This document shows positions 15,992-23,505 of a stretch of DNA of 32,000 nt, one piece after another. Within the stretch, counting starts at the first letter, position 1. Each line of letters opens with the position of its first letter. The notes beneath the pieces were generated by a model that was not told where the DNA came from, searched no databases, and saw nothing but the letters and a program-made list of their open reading frames with translations. The translations under genes and the position numbers were made by a program. The DNA is taken from contig BPGA01000001.1 of assembly GCA_026002795.1 (NCBI GenBank), forward strand, positions 1 through 32,000, given 5' to 3'. Source of the stretch: Candidatus Saccharimonadota bacterium (GTDB taxonomy: Archaea; Nanobdellota; Nanobdellia; Pacearchaeales; GW2011-AR1).

Positions 15992-16453
15992 TTATCTTTT
16001 TTGTGTTTGTTTAATTATCAGAATAACTAGCAATACAATTATTAAAACAAATGCTAAAAGCATAATCCAGTTTTGCCAATTATACCCATAGCTTGTATCT
16101 TTGTATCCGGTCATCATCGGCATCATTCTGTAATGCATTCCATACTCAGACATCGTTCTATAATCAATATTCTCGCCACAATAAATTCTTAAAGCCATTG
16201 CAATATGCATAGCTTTTAAGCTTTCACTTCCTTCTCCGCCCATCATTTGATCCATTAGTTTATGAGCTTCTCCAGGATGCATCTGCTCCATGTAATAATC
16301 TCCAATAAGCTCAAGTTGTTCTTCTGTTAGCTTATCACATGAAACTTTCTGTTGAATAAGTGTCTCTGCCTGCGTAAAATTTCTATCATCATGTGCTGAA
16401 ATTACAACTAGGCTAAATAACAAAACTACAAGTACATATATTACTTTTTTCAT
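15992..16453 (-). CDS. Exported Met/His-rich helical protein with a C-terminal TM anchor
   Basis: The start is placed at the ATG at 16453 (MKKVIYVLVV... signal-like), 1 nt after the upstream stop (TAAAATG junction); the track start 16492 would overlap that gene by 38 nt. Contains YYMEQMHPGEAHKLMDQMMGGEGSESLKAMHIAM and RMMPMMTGY, and ends in KQTQKR. Confidence 0.55.
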   Translation of the reverse strand: MKKVIYVLVVLLFSLVVISAHDDRNFTQAETLIQQKVSCDKLTEEQLELIGDYYMEQMHPGEAHKLMDQMMGGEGSESLKAMHIAMALRIYCGENIDYRTMSEYGMHYRMMPMMTGYKDTSYGYNWQNWIMLLAFVLIIVLLVILIIKQTQKR

Positions 16454-16454
16454 T

Positions 16455-16814
16455 TTATTTTCCTCTTTCATTGTCCCCCCATTTATTATCAATATAATCT
16501 GAAATTTCCTGAATTGAATATTTTGGTCTCATTTCCAGGTATGTTTCATATTCTTTCATGCAAAGTCCGCATTCTGTAAGCATTCCTTCCTCATAACAAT
16601 TATATAAGTCAGTATGTTCACAACCACAATAGCATGTAATTTGCCTTAAATCAGATTCATATTGTTTTATATTTTCTAAAATACTACCTTCATAATTTAC
16701 ATATACTTCTTTTTCAGAAAAATTATTTTTTATATTAACTATAACTATGATAGTAAAAGCTAATATTATAGCTAATATAACTAATATTAATAATTTTTTT
16801 CTTTCAAATTTCAT
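16455..16814 (-). CDS. PCYCGC-motif family protein, membrane-anchored
   Basis: 119 aa with an N-terminal TM helix, then ITCYCGCEHTDLYNCYEEGMLTECGLCMKEY...SIQEISDYIDNKWG. The CYCGC core matches the PCYCGC (lipo)protein family as I recall it. Confidence 0.6.
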   Translation of the reverse strand: MKFERKKLLILVILAIILAFTIIVIVNIKNNFSEKEVYVNYEGSILENIKQYESDLRQITCYCGCEHTDLYNCYEEGMLTECGLCMKEYETYLEMRPKYSIQEISDYIDNKWGDNERGK

Positions 16815-16815
16815 T

Positions 16816-16977
16816 TTAACAACCTCCTACCATACCAGCATATGCCTGAGCAGCTTTTCCAGCTTCTGTTGAGAGCGTTGCGCTACCTGTTCCAGAACCC
16901 TTAAAAAATATTGTATAAATAACAGCAATTAGCAAAATTCCAATAATAATCCAAAGTATTATTTTTTCTTTTTCCAT
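16816..16977 (-). CDS. Unannotated 53-aa membrane-anchored peptide ending in GMVGGC
   Basis: My translation is MEKEKIILWIIIGILLIAVIYTIFFKGSGTGSATLSTEAGKAAQAYAGMVGGC*. It fits exactly into the operon: 18 nt after the upstream stop, and its own stop lies 1 nt before the next ATG (TAAAATG). Confidence 0.4.
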   Translation of the reverse strand: MEKEKIILWIIIGILLIAVIYTIFFKGSGTGSATLSTEAGKAAQAYAGMVGGC

Positions 16978-16995
16978 TTTTTAAACTTTTTTAGT

Positions 16996-17646
16996 TTAAC
17001 AAGCACCAACCATACCTCCTTTCACTCCTTGTTCAATCCCTCTATATTTATTTGTTGTAAGATTTATGTAATCAACATTAATTCCATAATTTTCCATTAC
17101 CTGTGCTTTGTTTTCAAGTATGCCTGGAAAGAAAAGAACTTTCCATTTTCCTACTTCTGTAAGAATTTCCTCATCACTCATCTCTGGATGATATTTTATC
17201 AGATATTTTGTAAGTCCACGCATTGCATAACTATGAGCGCAACCACATGCAGGCTGTCCGTTGCTGAAAATTACACTTCTAGCACCACAACAATACTCAC
17301 AAGCAATTCCGTTTTCCATATAATAAAGAATATTAATATACCTTTCAAGTTCAGGTTCAGAAAGAGTTTCAACTCTATCAATATTCCCAAGTAATCTTAT
17401 TGTTGAATCTGCTTTTTTTGGGTCAGTAGGAGAAACATCATCATAAGTTATTCCTAACTCTTCTCCATAGACTTTAGGAACACCTGTTGGAATGATTGAT
17501 GATGCAGGTACTGTTCTAATTTCAGAACCAACACTTTTTGATCCTACTTTTCCTGAGTAGCTATAAATTAAAATTCCAGCAAGTACTATAACAATAATAG
17601 CCTGAATATAAAACTCCCAATCTACTTTCTTATTTTTTAATTTCAT
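16996..17646 (-). CDS. Membrane-anchored Cys-rich ectoprotein, diverged PCYCGC-like domain, ending in GMVGAC
   Basis: 216 aa with an N-terminal TM helix. IACEYCCGARSVIFSNGQPACGCAHSYAMRGLTKYLIKYHPEMSDEEILTEVGKW aligns by eye with the 16455-16814 and 22840-23487 products. Confidence 0.6.
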   Translation of the reverse strand: MKLKNKKVDWEFYIQAIIVIVLAGILIYSYSGKVGSKSVGSEIRTVPASSIIPTGVPKVYGEELGITYDDVSPTDPKKADSTIRLLGNIDRVETLSEPELERYINILYYMENGIACEYCCGARSVIFSNGQPACGCAHSYAMRGLTKYLIKYHPEMSDEEILTEVGKWKVLFFPGILENKAQVMENYGINVDYINLTTNKYRGIEQGVKGGMVGAC

Positions 17647-17683
17647 ATTTTTTTTAAGAAAAAATAAATTATAACTGCTTTGG

Positions 17684-17697
17684 TGAAACTAGTTTCA
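17684..17697. promoter_or_regulatory. Perfect 14-bp palindrome TGAAACTAGTTTCA, candidate operator just upstream of the TATA-like box of the 17646 operon
   Basis: Lies 38-51 nt upstream of the ATG at 17646. On the coding strand it is followed by TTATAATTTATTTT. A near-identical site lies at 24818-24831. Confidence 0.45.
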
Positions 17698-17905
17698 TAG
17701 GTTCTTATAATGTTAGAGATTGATTAAACATACTTGTTTATGATAGAATATAAATAAAATAAAAATAGCTATTAAAATAAAATAAGTTTTACTTTTTTAA
17801 TCCATAAATTAGGCCAACTTTAATTGCACGATATACTATTAATCATAATGAAACAAATATTTTAATTATATCAAGAAAATGTTTTCGAAAAAATATCTCT
17901 ATAAG

Positions 17906-18388
17906 TCAATTTTTTAGTACAACAACATTATTCATTCCGCGACGTTTTCTTTCAATTAATTGTTTAGCCTCAAGCTTATCCAAAAGCCTTGTAAGTCCGA
18001 CTTTTCCTATGTCAAGTCTTTCAAGAAGCTCTGCCTGGAAAATTGTTCCATTTTCTTTTTCAAGAATCTCTATGACCCGCCTTTCTTTTTTGTCAAGCCC
18101 ACTTAAATCCAACTTCTTTTTTCTTTGCCTTATTTTTTTGACAATAATCTTTTCTTTTGGTTTACTAAATATAAGAACTAAACCAAGTACAACTAAAATT
18201 CCGACAATCCCTAAAGAAAGCCAAGTTTGTTGATTAATTCCTTCATTCATTGGGCATGATATAGAATGATTAGGAGCAGTACATGTTGAAGCCACAATTT
18301 CCTTTAAAGCATTTTGAAAAAGAAAAATTATGAAAATTAAAATAATAGCAATTCCTAAAATAAGAAAACCAACATGTCTGTTTTCCAT
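17906..18388 (-). CDS. Membrane-tethered winged-helix (MarR/TrmB-like) transcription regulator with a two-TM hairpin
   Basis: 160 aa. TM1 at about residues 6-24; a 31-aa outer loop with a Cys pair (CTAPNHSISC); TM2 at about 56-74; a basic stretch KPKEKIIVKKIRQRKKK; then wHTH ERRVIEILEKENGTIFQAELLERLDIGKVGLTRLLDKLEAKQLIERKRRG. Confidence 0.7.
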   Translation of the reverse strand: MENRHVGFLILGIAIILIFIIFLFQNALKEIVASTCTAPNHSISCPMNEGINQQTWLSLGIVGILVVLGLVLIFSKPKEKIIVKKIRQRKKKLDLSGLDKKERRVIEILEKENGTIFQAELLERLDIGKVGLTRLLDKLEAKQLIERKRRGMNNVVVLKN

Positions 18389-18393
18389 AAATT

Positions 18394-21201
18394 TTATCTT
18401 ATTTTTCTCTTTTTATTTTTTACTAAAGCTTTTAATAAAGACCTTTTTTTGATAATCTTAATTATAATAAATAATACAACTAAAATAAAAAATAAAATCA
18501 TCAAAATGGAAAAATAAAAAACTTTCTTATCTAAATGTTTTTTAACTTCTTTATTAGAAGATTCAAGTTTATTTTCTTTAGGTTTTCTAACTTCTTTTAA
18601 AGTTAAGTTTATTGTTTTATTGTAAATAGTATTTGCTGTTAAAACCAGTTCTGAAATATCGTTAATTTTCAGATTTAAAGATTCTTTTTCTAAAATGAAA
18701 AGACTTTTATTTTCTTTTCCGAAAAAACTTAAAAATGAACCTTTGCCTTCCAGCAATAAAATTACAATTTCATAACTTTCTATGTTGCCAGTTTCTTCAT
18801 TTTTTATGTAAAAGATTATTCTATCTCCTTCATTAAAAATACCTGTGTATCCTTTAGAAATGTTTTCATAAGAAACAAAATATACTTGTTTTTCTGTTTC
18901 TGTTTTATTTGTTTTTGTTGATGCTTGAGAACTGCCTCCTCCACCACTTCCACCTCCTAAAAATATTACAGGAGTTTCTTCTGAACTATAAACTGAAAAA
19001 TGAGTAACATTAAAAATTAAATTTCCTGAAGAGTAACTTACCTTTTGACAGATTGTTTCAGGGCAGACAGAACCATCTTTTAAAATTCTAGGATTGTTAA
19101 AAGTTAAGTTGTATAAAGTTAATGTTGCAGATTTATTTAGGTTAGGCAATAATGCTGAATTTATCTCTATTCTATTAAACTCTATTTTTACGTTTGAATT
19201 CAAATCTAATAAATTGTCATCAGGAATAGAATCGTTTGTTAAATTTACAACTTCATTAAAAACGATTTTGCCTTTATTTATTTTTTCAAAGGTTAAATTA
19301 GAGATATTTTGGATTTCTTCATAAGAAGAAATTTTTAAATTTGTGGAATCGCCATCAAATCCAGAATAATTTAGATTTAAAATAGAAGAATTAACGTAAA
19401 AACTTACATTTTTTGAAATATTGCCGAATGTGTTATTTGAAAAAACATAAAGAGTATGTTGGCCATCTGAAATGTTGAATGTTGTATTTGTGTTTGTTGT
19501 AAAGTTAGAACCTAAATCAAAATTGTAAACAATTAAATCAGATGCTAAAATTGTAAAATTAAAATTTAAACTTTCGTTTGTTATGTATGTGCTGTTTTTT
19601 GGGCTAATAATTGTTATTATAGGTTTTGTTAAATTTACAAATCTTGTTTCTGTATTAGTTGTCCCACCTAGAGTATCATTTGCAGTTGCATTAAAATAAT
19701 AAATGCCTTCACTGAGGTTAGTATAATTAATAAAAAAAGAGTTTGAAGATGAAATGTTTTTGAATAAAAGAGAAGTTGAATTGTAAAGCCTTATTTCTAA
19801 CATATCAAAATTTAGGTCAAAAGCACTGACATTAATTTGAATGTAATTTCTTCCTAAATAAGAATTATTTATTTCTGTTGGAGAAGAAAAATTTATTGAG
19901 GGAGAATCATCAAGTGTTTTTATTGTAGAAAAAACATCAATTCTTGAATAATTATTTCCTGATGCAGGATCAAAAATAATTTTTCCGCTTTCATTAAAAT
20001 ACTTTTCTAAATCTTTAGGAGTTTTAGTTTGATTTTTTAGAGAAAGGTATTGTTTTAAAAGTGCAACCGCGCCAGAAACATGTGGTGTTGCCATAGAAGT
20101 TCCTGAATTTATTTCATAACTGCCAGAGATGCTTGTTGAGTTGATGTTGTCTCCCGGAGCAAGGAGCATGTCAAGAGGCCATCTATTTGAAAAACTTGAT
20201 ATTGAATCTGTTTTATTGCTTGAGCCAACTCTTGTAGCATTTTGAATGCATGCTGGAGAAGAGATATGTGTGGTATTGTAGTTGTTTCCAGTTGCAATAA
20301 CAACTGAAATATTTTTTGAAATTGCAGAATTTATTGCAGATGCAACAGAAGGAAAATCATTTTGACAAGAATTAAAATTATTATAACAAGAAGTAGGATC
20401 AATTTGACAATCGGTTCCTAGACTCATACTTATTACACTTATGTTAAATTTTGTCGCATTATTAACACACCACTCAATTCCAGCAACCAAGTCGTCAAAG
20501 TTTCCAGCACCAGTTGCATTAATAACTTTAATTGAAACAATTTTAGAATCAGGAGCAACTCCCTTTATAGAACCATTAGCTGAAACAATCCCAGAAACAT
20601 GCGTTCCATGCCCGTGATCATCCATAGGATCAGAGTCTAAATTTATGAAGTCATAGCCACCAAGAACTTTACAAGAAGAATTTTCATCATTACTGCCGAA
20701 ACAACCACCCAAGTCAGGATGCGTATAATTTACACCACTATCAATTACACATACAGTCTGACCTTTTCCAGTTAAATTTGTATTTTGAAACTTTAAATTC
20801 CAAACCTGTGTTGCATTAATTAAAGGTACAGAATCTTGTAAAGAGACATAAATTGGATAATTATAAGTTATTCTTTTAATTTTAAAATTTCTTTCTAACT
20901 CTTCTATTTCTTCTTTTGTAAGTTCAGCTGAAAATCCGTTAAAAGAACTAAACCTGTGTTTAATTTTTCCTTTTAGAAATGATTTATTATAGTTATCTAG
21001 AGTTTGGTTTTCATCTAAACTAACTATAACACTAACTTTCTTTTTTCCAGATTCAAATTCAGAATTAACCTTTAAATCAGTCTTTGAATTTAACTCTTTT
21101 TTTAAATCTTTTTTTTGGTTTTCTTTGATAGGCAAAACAATTGCAGTTAACATTAACATAAACAAACACAAAAATAAAACAATAAACCTCTTTTTTTTCA
21201 T
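18394..21201 (-). CDS. Subtilisin-like (S8) serine protease: signal peptide, I9-like propeptide, repeat-rich stalk, C-terminal TM anchor
   Basis: 935 aa. Catalytic contexts VCVIDSGV (Asp), HGHGTHVSG (His) and GTSMATPHVSG (Ser). About 45 N-x-S/T sequons by eye, a GGGSGGGGSS linker, and a C-terminal helix FYFSILMILFFILVVLFIIIKII followed by a basic tail. Confidence 0.9.
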   Translation of the reverse strand: MKKKRFIVLFLCLFMLMLTAIVLPIKENQKKDLKKELNSKTDLKVNSEFESGKKKVSVIVSLDENQTLDNYNKSFLKGKIKHRFSSFNGFSAELTKEEIEELERNFKIKRITYNYPIYVSLQDSVPLINATQVWNLKFQNTNLTGKGQTVCVIDSGVNYTHPDLGGCFGSNDENSSCKVLGGYDFINLDSDPMDDHGHGTHVSGIVSANGSIKGVAPDSKIVSIKVINATGAGNFDDLVAGIEWCVNNATKFNISVISMSLGTDCQIDPTSCYNNFNSCQNDFPSVASAINSAISKNISVVIATGNNYNTTHISSPACIQNATRVGSSNKTDSISSFSNRWPLDMLLAPGDNINSTSISGSYEINSGTSMATPHVSGAVALLKQYLSLKNQTKTPKDLEKYFNESGKIIFDPASGNNYSRIDVFSTIKTLDDSPSINFSSPTEINNSYLGRNYIQINVSAFDLNFDMLEIRLYNSTSLLFKNISSSNSFFINYTNLSEGIYYFNATANDTLGGTTNTETRFVNLTKPIITIISPKNSTYITNESLNFNFTILASDLIVYNFDLGSNFTTNTNTTFNISDGQHTLYVFSNNTFGNISKNVSFYVNSSILNLNYSGFDGDSTNLKISSYEEIQNISNLTFEKINKGKIVFNEVVNLTNDSIPDDNLLDLNSNVKIEFNRIEINSALLPNLNKSATLTLYNLTFNNPRILKDGSVCPETICQKVSYSSGNLIFNVTHFSVYSSEETPVIFLGGGSGGGGSSQASTKTNKTETEKQVYFVSYENISKGYTGIFNEGDRIIFYIKNEETGNIESYEIVILLLEGKGSFLSFFGKENKSLFILEKESLNLKINDISELVLTANTIYNKTINLTLKEVRKPKENKLESSNKEVKKHLDKKVFYFSILMILFFILVVLFIIIKIIKKRSLLKALVKNKKRKIR

Positions 21202-21329
21202 CTATATAAAAACTAGAAAAGCTTTATATTTTTTATTTTCTCTTTTGTCTCTTTTTTGTTTTTATTAATTTAAAACAAAAATGTAAAAATCTAGAGTATT
21301 TTAGGCCTTTTTGTTTAACAAATTTTAAT

Positions 21330-21908
21330 TTAAACAAAAAAACTCGAGATAAAAAGTCCTGCACTTAAGGCGAGAGCTATCCAATAAATTCTTTTATTCC
21401 AGGCAAAAACTTTTGCTCCATCAAAAGGCATAAGAGGAATCATATTAAATACAGCTAGCAAGGAGTTAATTGTCAAACCAAAACTAAAAAACGCTTGTAA
21501 TGTTTTTCCTGTATTTAGTATTAAAAGCAAAATAAAAAATAAAATAGCAAGAACAATGTTTGTCATAGGTCCTGCTAAGGAAATTTTTCCATTTTTCTCT
21601 CGTGTAATGTATCCATGAATGTAAACAGCTCCTGGTGCTGCAATTATAAATCCGAAGAAAGAAAATAAAACTGCCAGAAAAATCATCCCATAATTTGCTC
21701 TAAATTCTGCAAAAAGTCTGTATCGCTGAGCAATATACTTATGCATTAGTTCATGAAACAAAAATCCGATTCCGGCTGTAAAAAACGCAATGATAAAAAT
21801 AGAAAATTTAAGATTTAGAATGCTGCCTGATAAAAGTATAGCAAATGCTAAAGATATAAATATACCTGCAAAAATCAAATCTTTAATTTCTTTTTCATTA
21901 AACCTCAT
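21330..21908 (-). CDS. M50 family site-2 protease (minimal, no PDZ domain)
   Basis: 192 aa and polytopic. HELMH in a TM helix and FNMIPLMPFDGAKV (NxxPxxxxDG-type motif). Confidence 0.8.
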   Translation of the reverse strand: MRFNEKEIKDLIFAGIFISLAFAILLSGSILNLKFSIFIIAFFTAGIGFLFHELMHKYIAQRYRLFAEFRANYGMIFLAVLFSFFGFIIAAPGAVYIHGYITREKNGKISLAGPMTNIVLAILFFILLLILNTGKTLQAFFSFGLTINSLLAVFNMIPLMPFDGAKVFAWNKRIYWIALALSAGLFISSFFV

Positions 21909-21988
21909 AAGATTCCAAAACTATCGATGCTTTTTAATTTTTTTGAAATGTAACAATAAAATAATTTATGCTTAGAAAATTTATTAAA

Positions 21989-22147
21989 TTAAACTCTGAT
22001 AGCATGTTTTGTTATTTCAACACTACAGCTTTTGTTTTTTCTACAGAAATTTTCACATTTTTCAGCCAGGTTTTTTGTTTTATAATAGAATCCGCATTCT
22101 TCACACTGAAATAACTTAATTTTATTTTTTGTTGTTTGTTTTACCAT
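21989..22147 (-). CDS. Small Cys-rich zinc-ribbon-like protein
   Basis: Contains CEECGFYYKTKNLAEKCENFCRKNKSC. The start is uncertain: the track start 22198 overlaps the upstream gene by 77 nt, while M18 (22147) reduces the overlap to 26 nt. Confidence 0.4.
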   Translation of the reverse strand: MVKQTTKNKIKLFQCEECGFYYKTKNLAEKCENFCRKNKSCSVEITKHAIRV

Positions 22148-22796
22148 TCTCATTAACTGAGTTAGTTTTACTTTGAACATTAAAAGAATTGTACTCAATG
22201 ATTATGATATCACCATCTTTCATAAAATAATTTTCAAATTCAAAATTTTCTTTTCCATTTACTATCATTGTTAGATTACCTTTGTCTGTACAATAATTAA
22301 AAATACAACTTGAATTAAAATTTTTTTCCCACACTTGAAAAAACTCTCCTATTGTAAAATCTCTTTTATAAGGCGCTTCAATGTGTATCTCTCCAGATGC
22401 ATCGTGTGTGTGTAAGGGCCTCATTACTCCTTGAGAAATTCCTATGTTTGGGGGGATTAGCTGTTCAGTATCATCAATTAAGATTTTTAGTTTTGAGTGT
22501 ATATGTAATGCTGCATTTTGATGACCTATTATGTTCATTTTTGTTACATCTTCATTTTTAGAGCTCGAACTAAACAAAGCCACAGCCCCAAAAATTAAAA
22601 ATCCAATAACAACAATAAAAATAAACAAGTTTCTTATTTTTTTAGTAAATAAACGATGTTCCTTTCTACTCTTGTTTTCTTCTGTTTTTTTGTCTTTTGT
22701 TAAAGAATGCTTTGCCTTGTTATGCATATCCAAAGCTTCTTGACTACCAAAAACACGGATACATTGTTCACATTTAAATTTTTGTTCTTCTGGCAT
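22122..22796 (-). CDS. Bitopic protein: cytoplasmic C2H2 zinc finger, TM helix, His-rich ectodomain
   Basis: 224 aa. FKCEQCIRVFGSQEALDMHNKAKH fits C-x2-C-x12-H-x4-H. TM helix LFIFIVVIGFLIFGAVALF. The ectodomain contains HIHSKL, LHTHDASGEIHIE and TIGEFFQVWE. Confidence 0.6.
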   Translation of the reverse strand: MPEEQKFKCEQCIRVFGSQEALDMHNKAKHSLTKDKKTEENKSRKEHRLFTKKIRNLFIFIVVIGFLIFGAVALFSSSSKNEDVTKMNIIGHQNAALHIHSKLKILIDDTEQLIPPNIGISQGVMRPLHTHDASGEIHIEAPYKRDFTIGEFFQVWEKNFNSSCIFNYCTDKGNLTMIVNGKENFEFENYFMKDGDIIIIEYNSFNVQSKTNSVNENGKTNNKK

Positions 22797-22839
22797 TTTT
22801 TACTTTATTCTTTTAAATTATTTATTAAAATTTTTTTTA

Positions 22840-23487
22840 TTAATGTTCGCCAATCCCTTCAACGTGCATGTGCCCGCTTCCACCACAGCCATCTTCCAAA
22901 TCCCAAAGTTCTGCAATTTGCTCAGATGTAAAACCATAATCTCTAATCAATTTTTTTGCTTGACCTTCAAAAGCATACCATCTCCAACATTTACAACAGC
23001 AAGGCCCGCCCTCATGGCTTAACTTCATAGCCTCTTCATAAATTTTCTGTTGTTCTTGACTTAACTGAATTGTTTTTTGATATTGTAAAAGCTTATCAGC
23101 AAGCTCTCTTGAGATATCATAAGGATCATCTGGAATTAATTCTAGATCTCTGCCAATATAAGAATTTTTTTCTTTAATATTAGCTAAGCCTTCAATTTGT
23201 TCTTTATATCTATGAAAGTCCATTGCAGAACAGCAAGAGCCCTGAAGTTTTTCAGTATCAACTCTATCAAAAACATCAGGACCAACACAAAAATTTGTTC
23301 TAGCCTCACTTAAAACTTTAAACTTTGCTTCAAGATTGAAACCAGATATGTCAGAAGAAGCTTGATTTTTAACAGAAATACCTGGCTGAAACAAATAAAT
23401 CCATAAAATTATTAGTGTTGGCAAAGTTACAATTAAAGCTAAAAGTAAAATAAAACTCTTCTTTTTTATTTTAATCTCATTAACCAT
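22840..23487 (-). CDS. Membrane-anchored Cys-rich ectoprotein, diverged PCYCGC-like domain
   Basis: 215 aa with an N-terminal TM helix. Contains GSCCSAMDFH, GGPCCCKCWRWYAFEGQAKKLIRDYGFTSEQIAELWDLEDGCGGSGHMHVEG. Confidence 0.6.
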   Translation of the reverse strand: MVNEIKIKKKSFILLLALIVTLPTLIILWIYLFQPGISVKNQASSDISGFNLEAKFKVLSEARTNFCVGPDVFDRVDTEKLQGSCCSAMDFHRYKEQIEGLANIKEKNSYIGRDLELIPDDPYDISRELADKLLQYQKTIQLSQEQQKIYEEAMKLSHEGGPCCCKCWRWYAFEGQAKKLIRDYGFTSEQIAELWDLEDGCGGSGHMHVEGIGEH

Positions 23488-23505
23488 TTGTTTTTTACTT
23501 TTTAA

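Noticed and set aside
21212-21224. AAAACTAGAAAAG upstream of the subtilase gene as a third copy of the TGAAAC-N2-GTTTCA operator
   Set aside because: Only the AAACTAG half matches. The second half is AAAA rather than TTTC, so the sequence is not a dyad.
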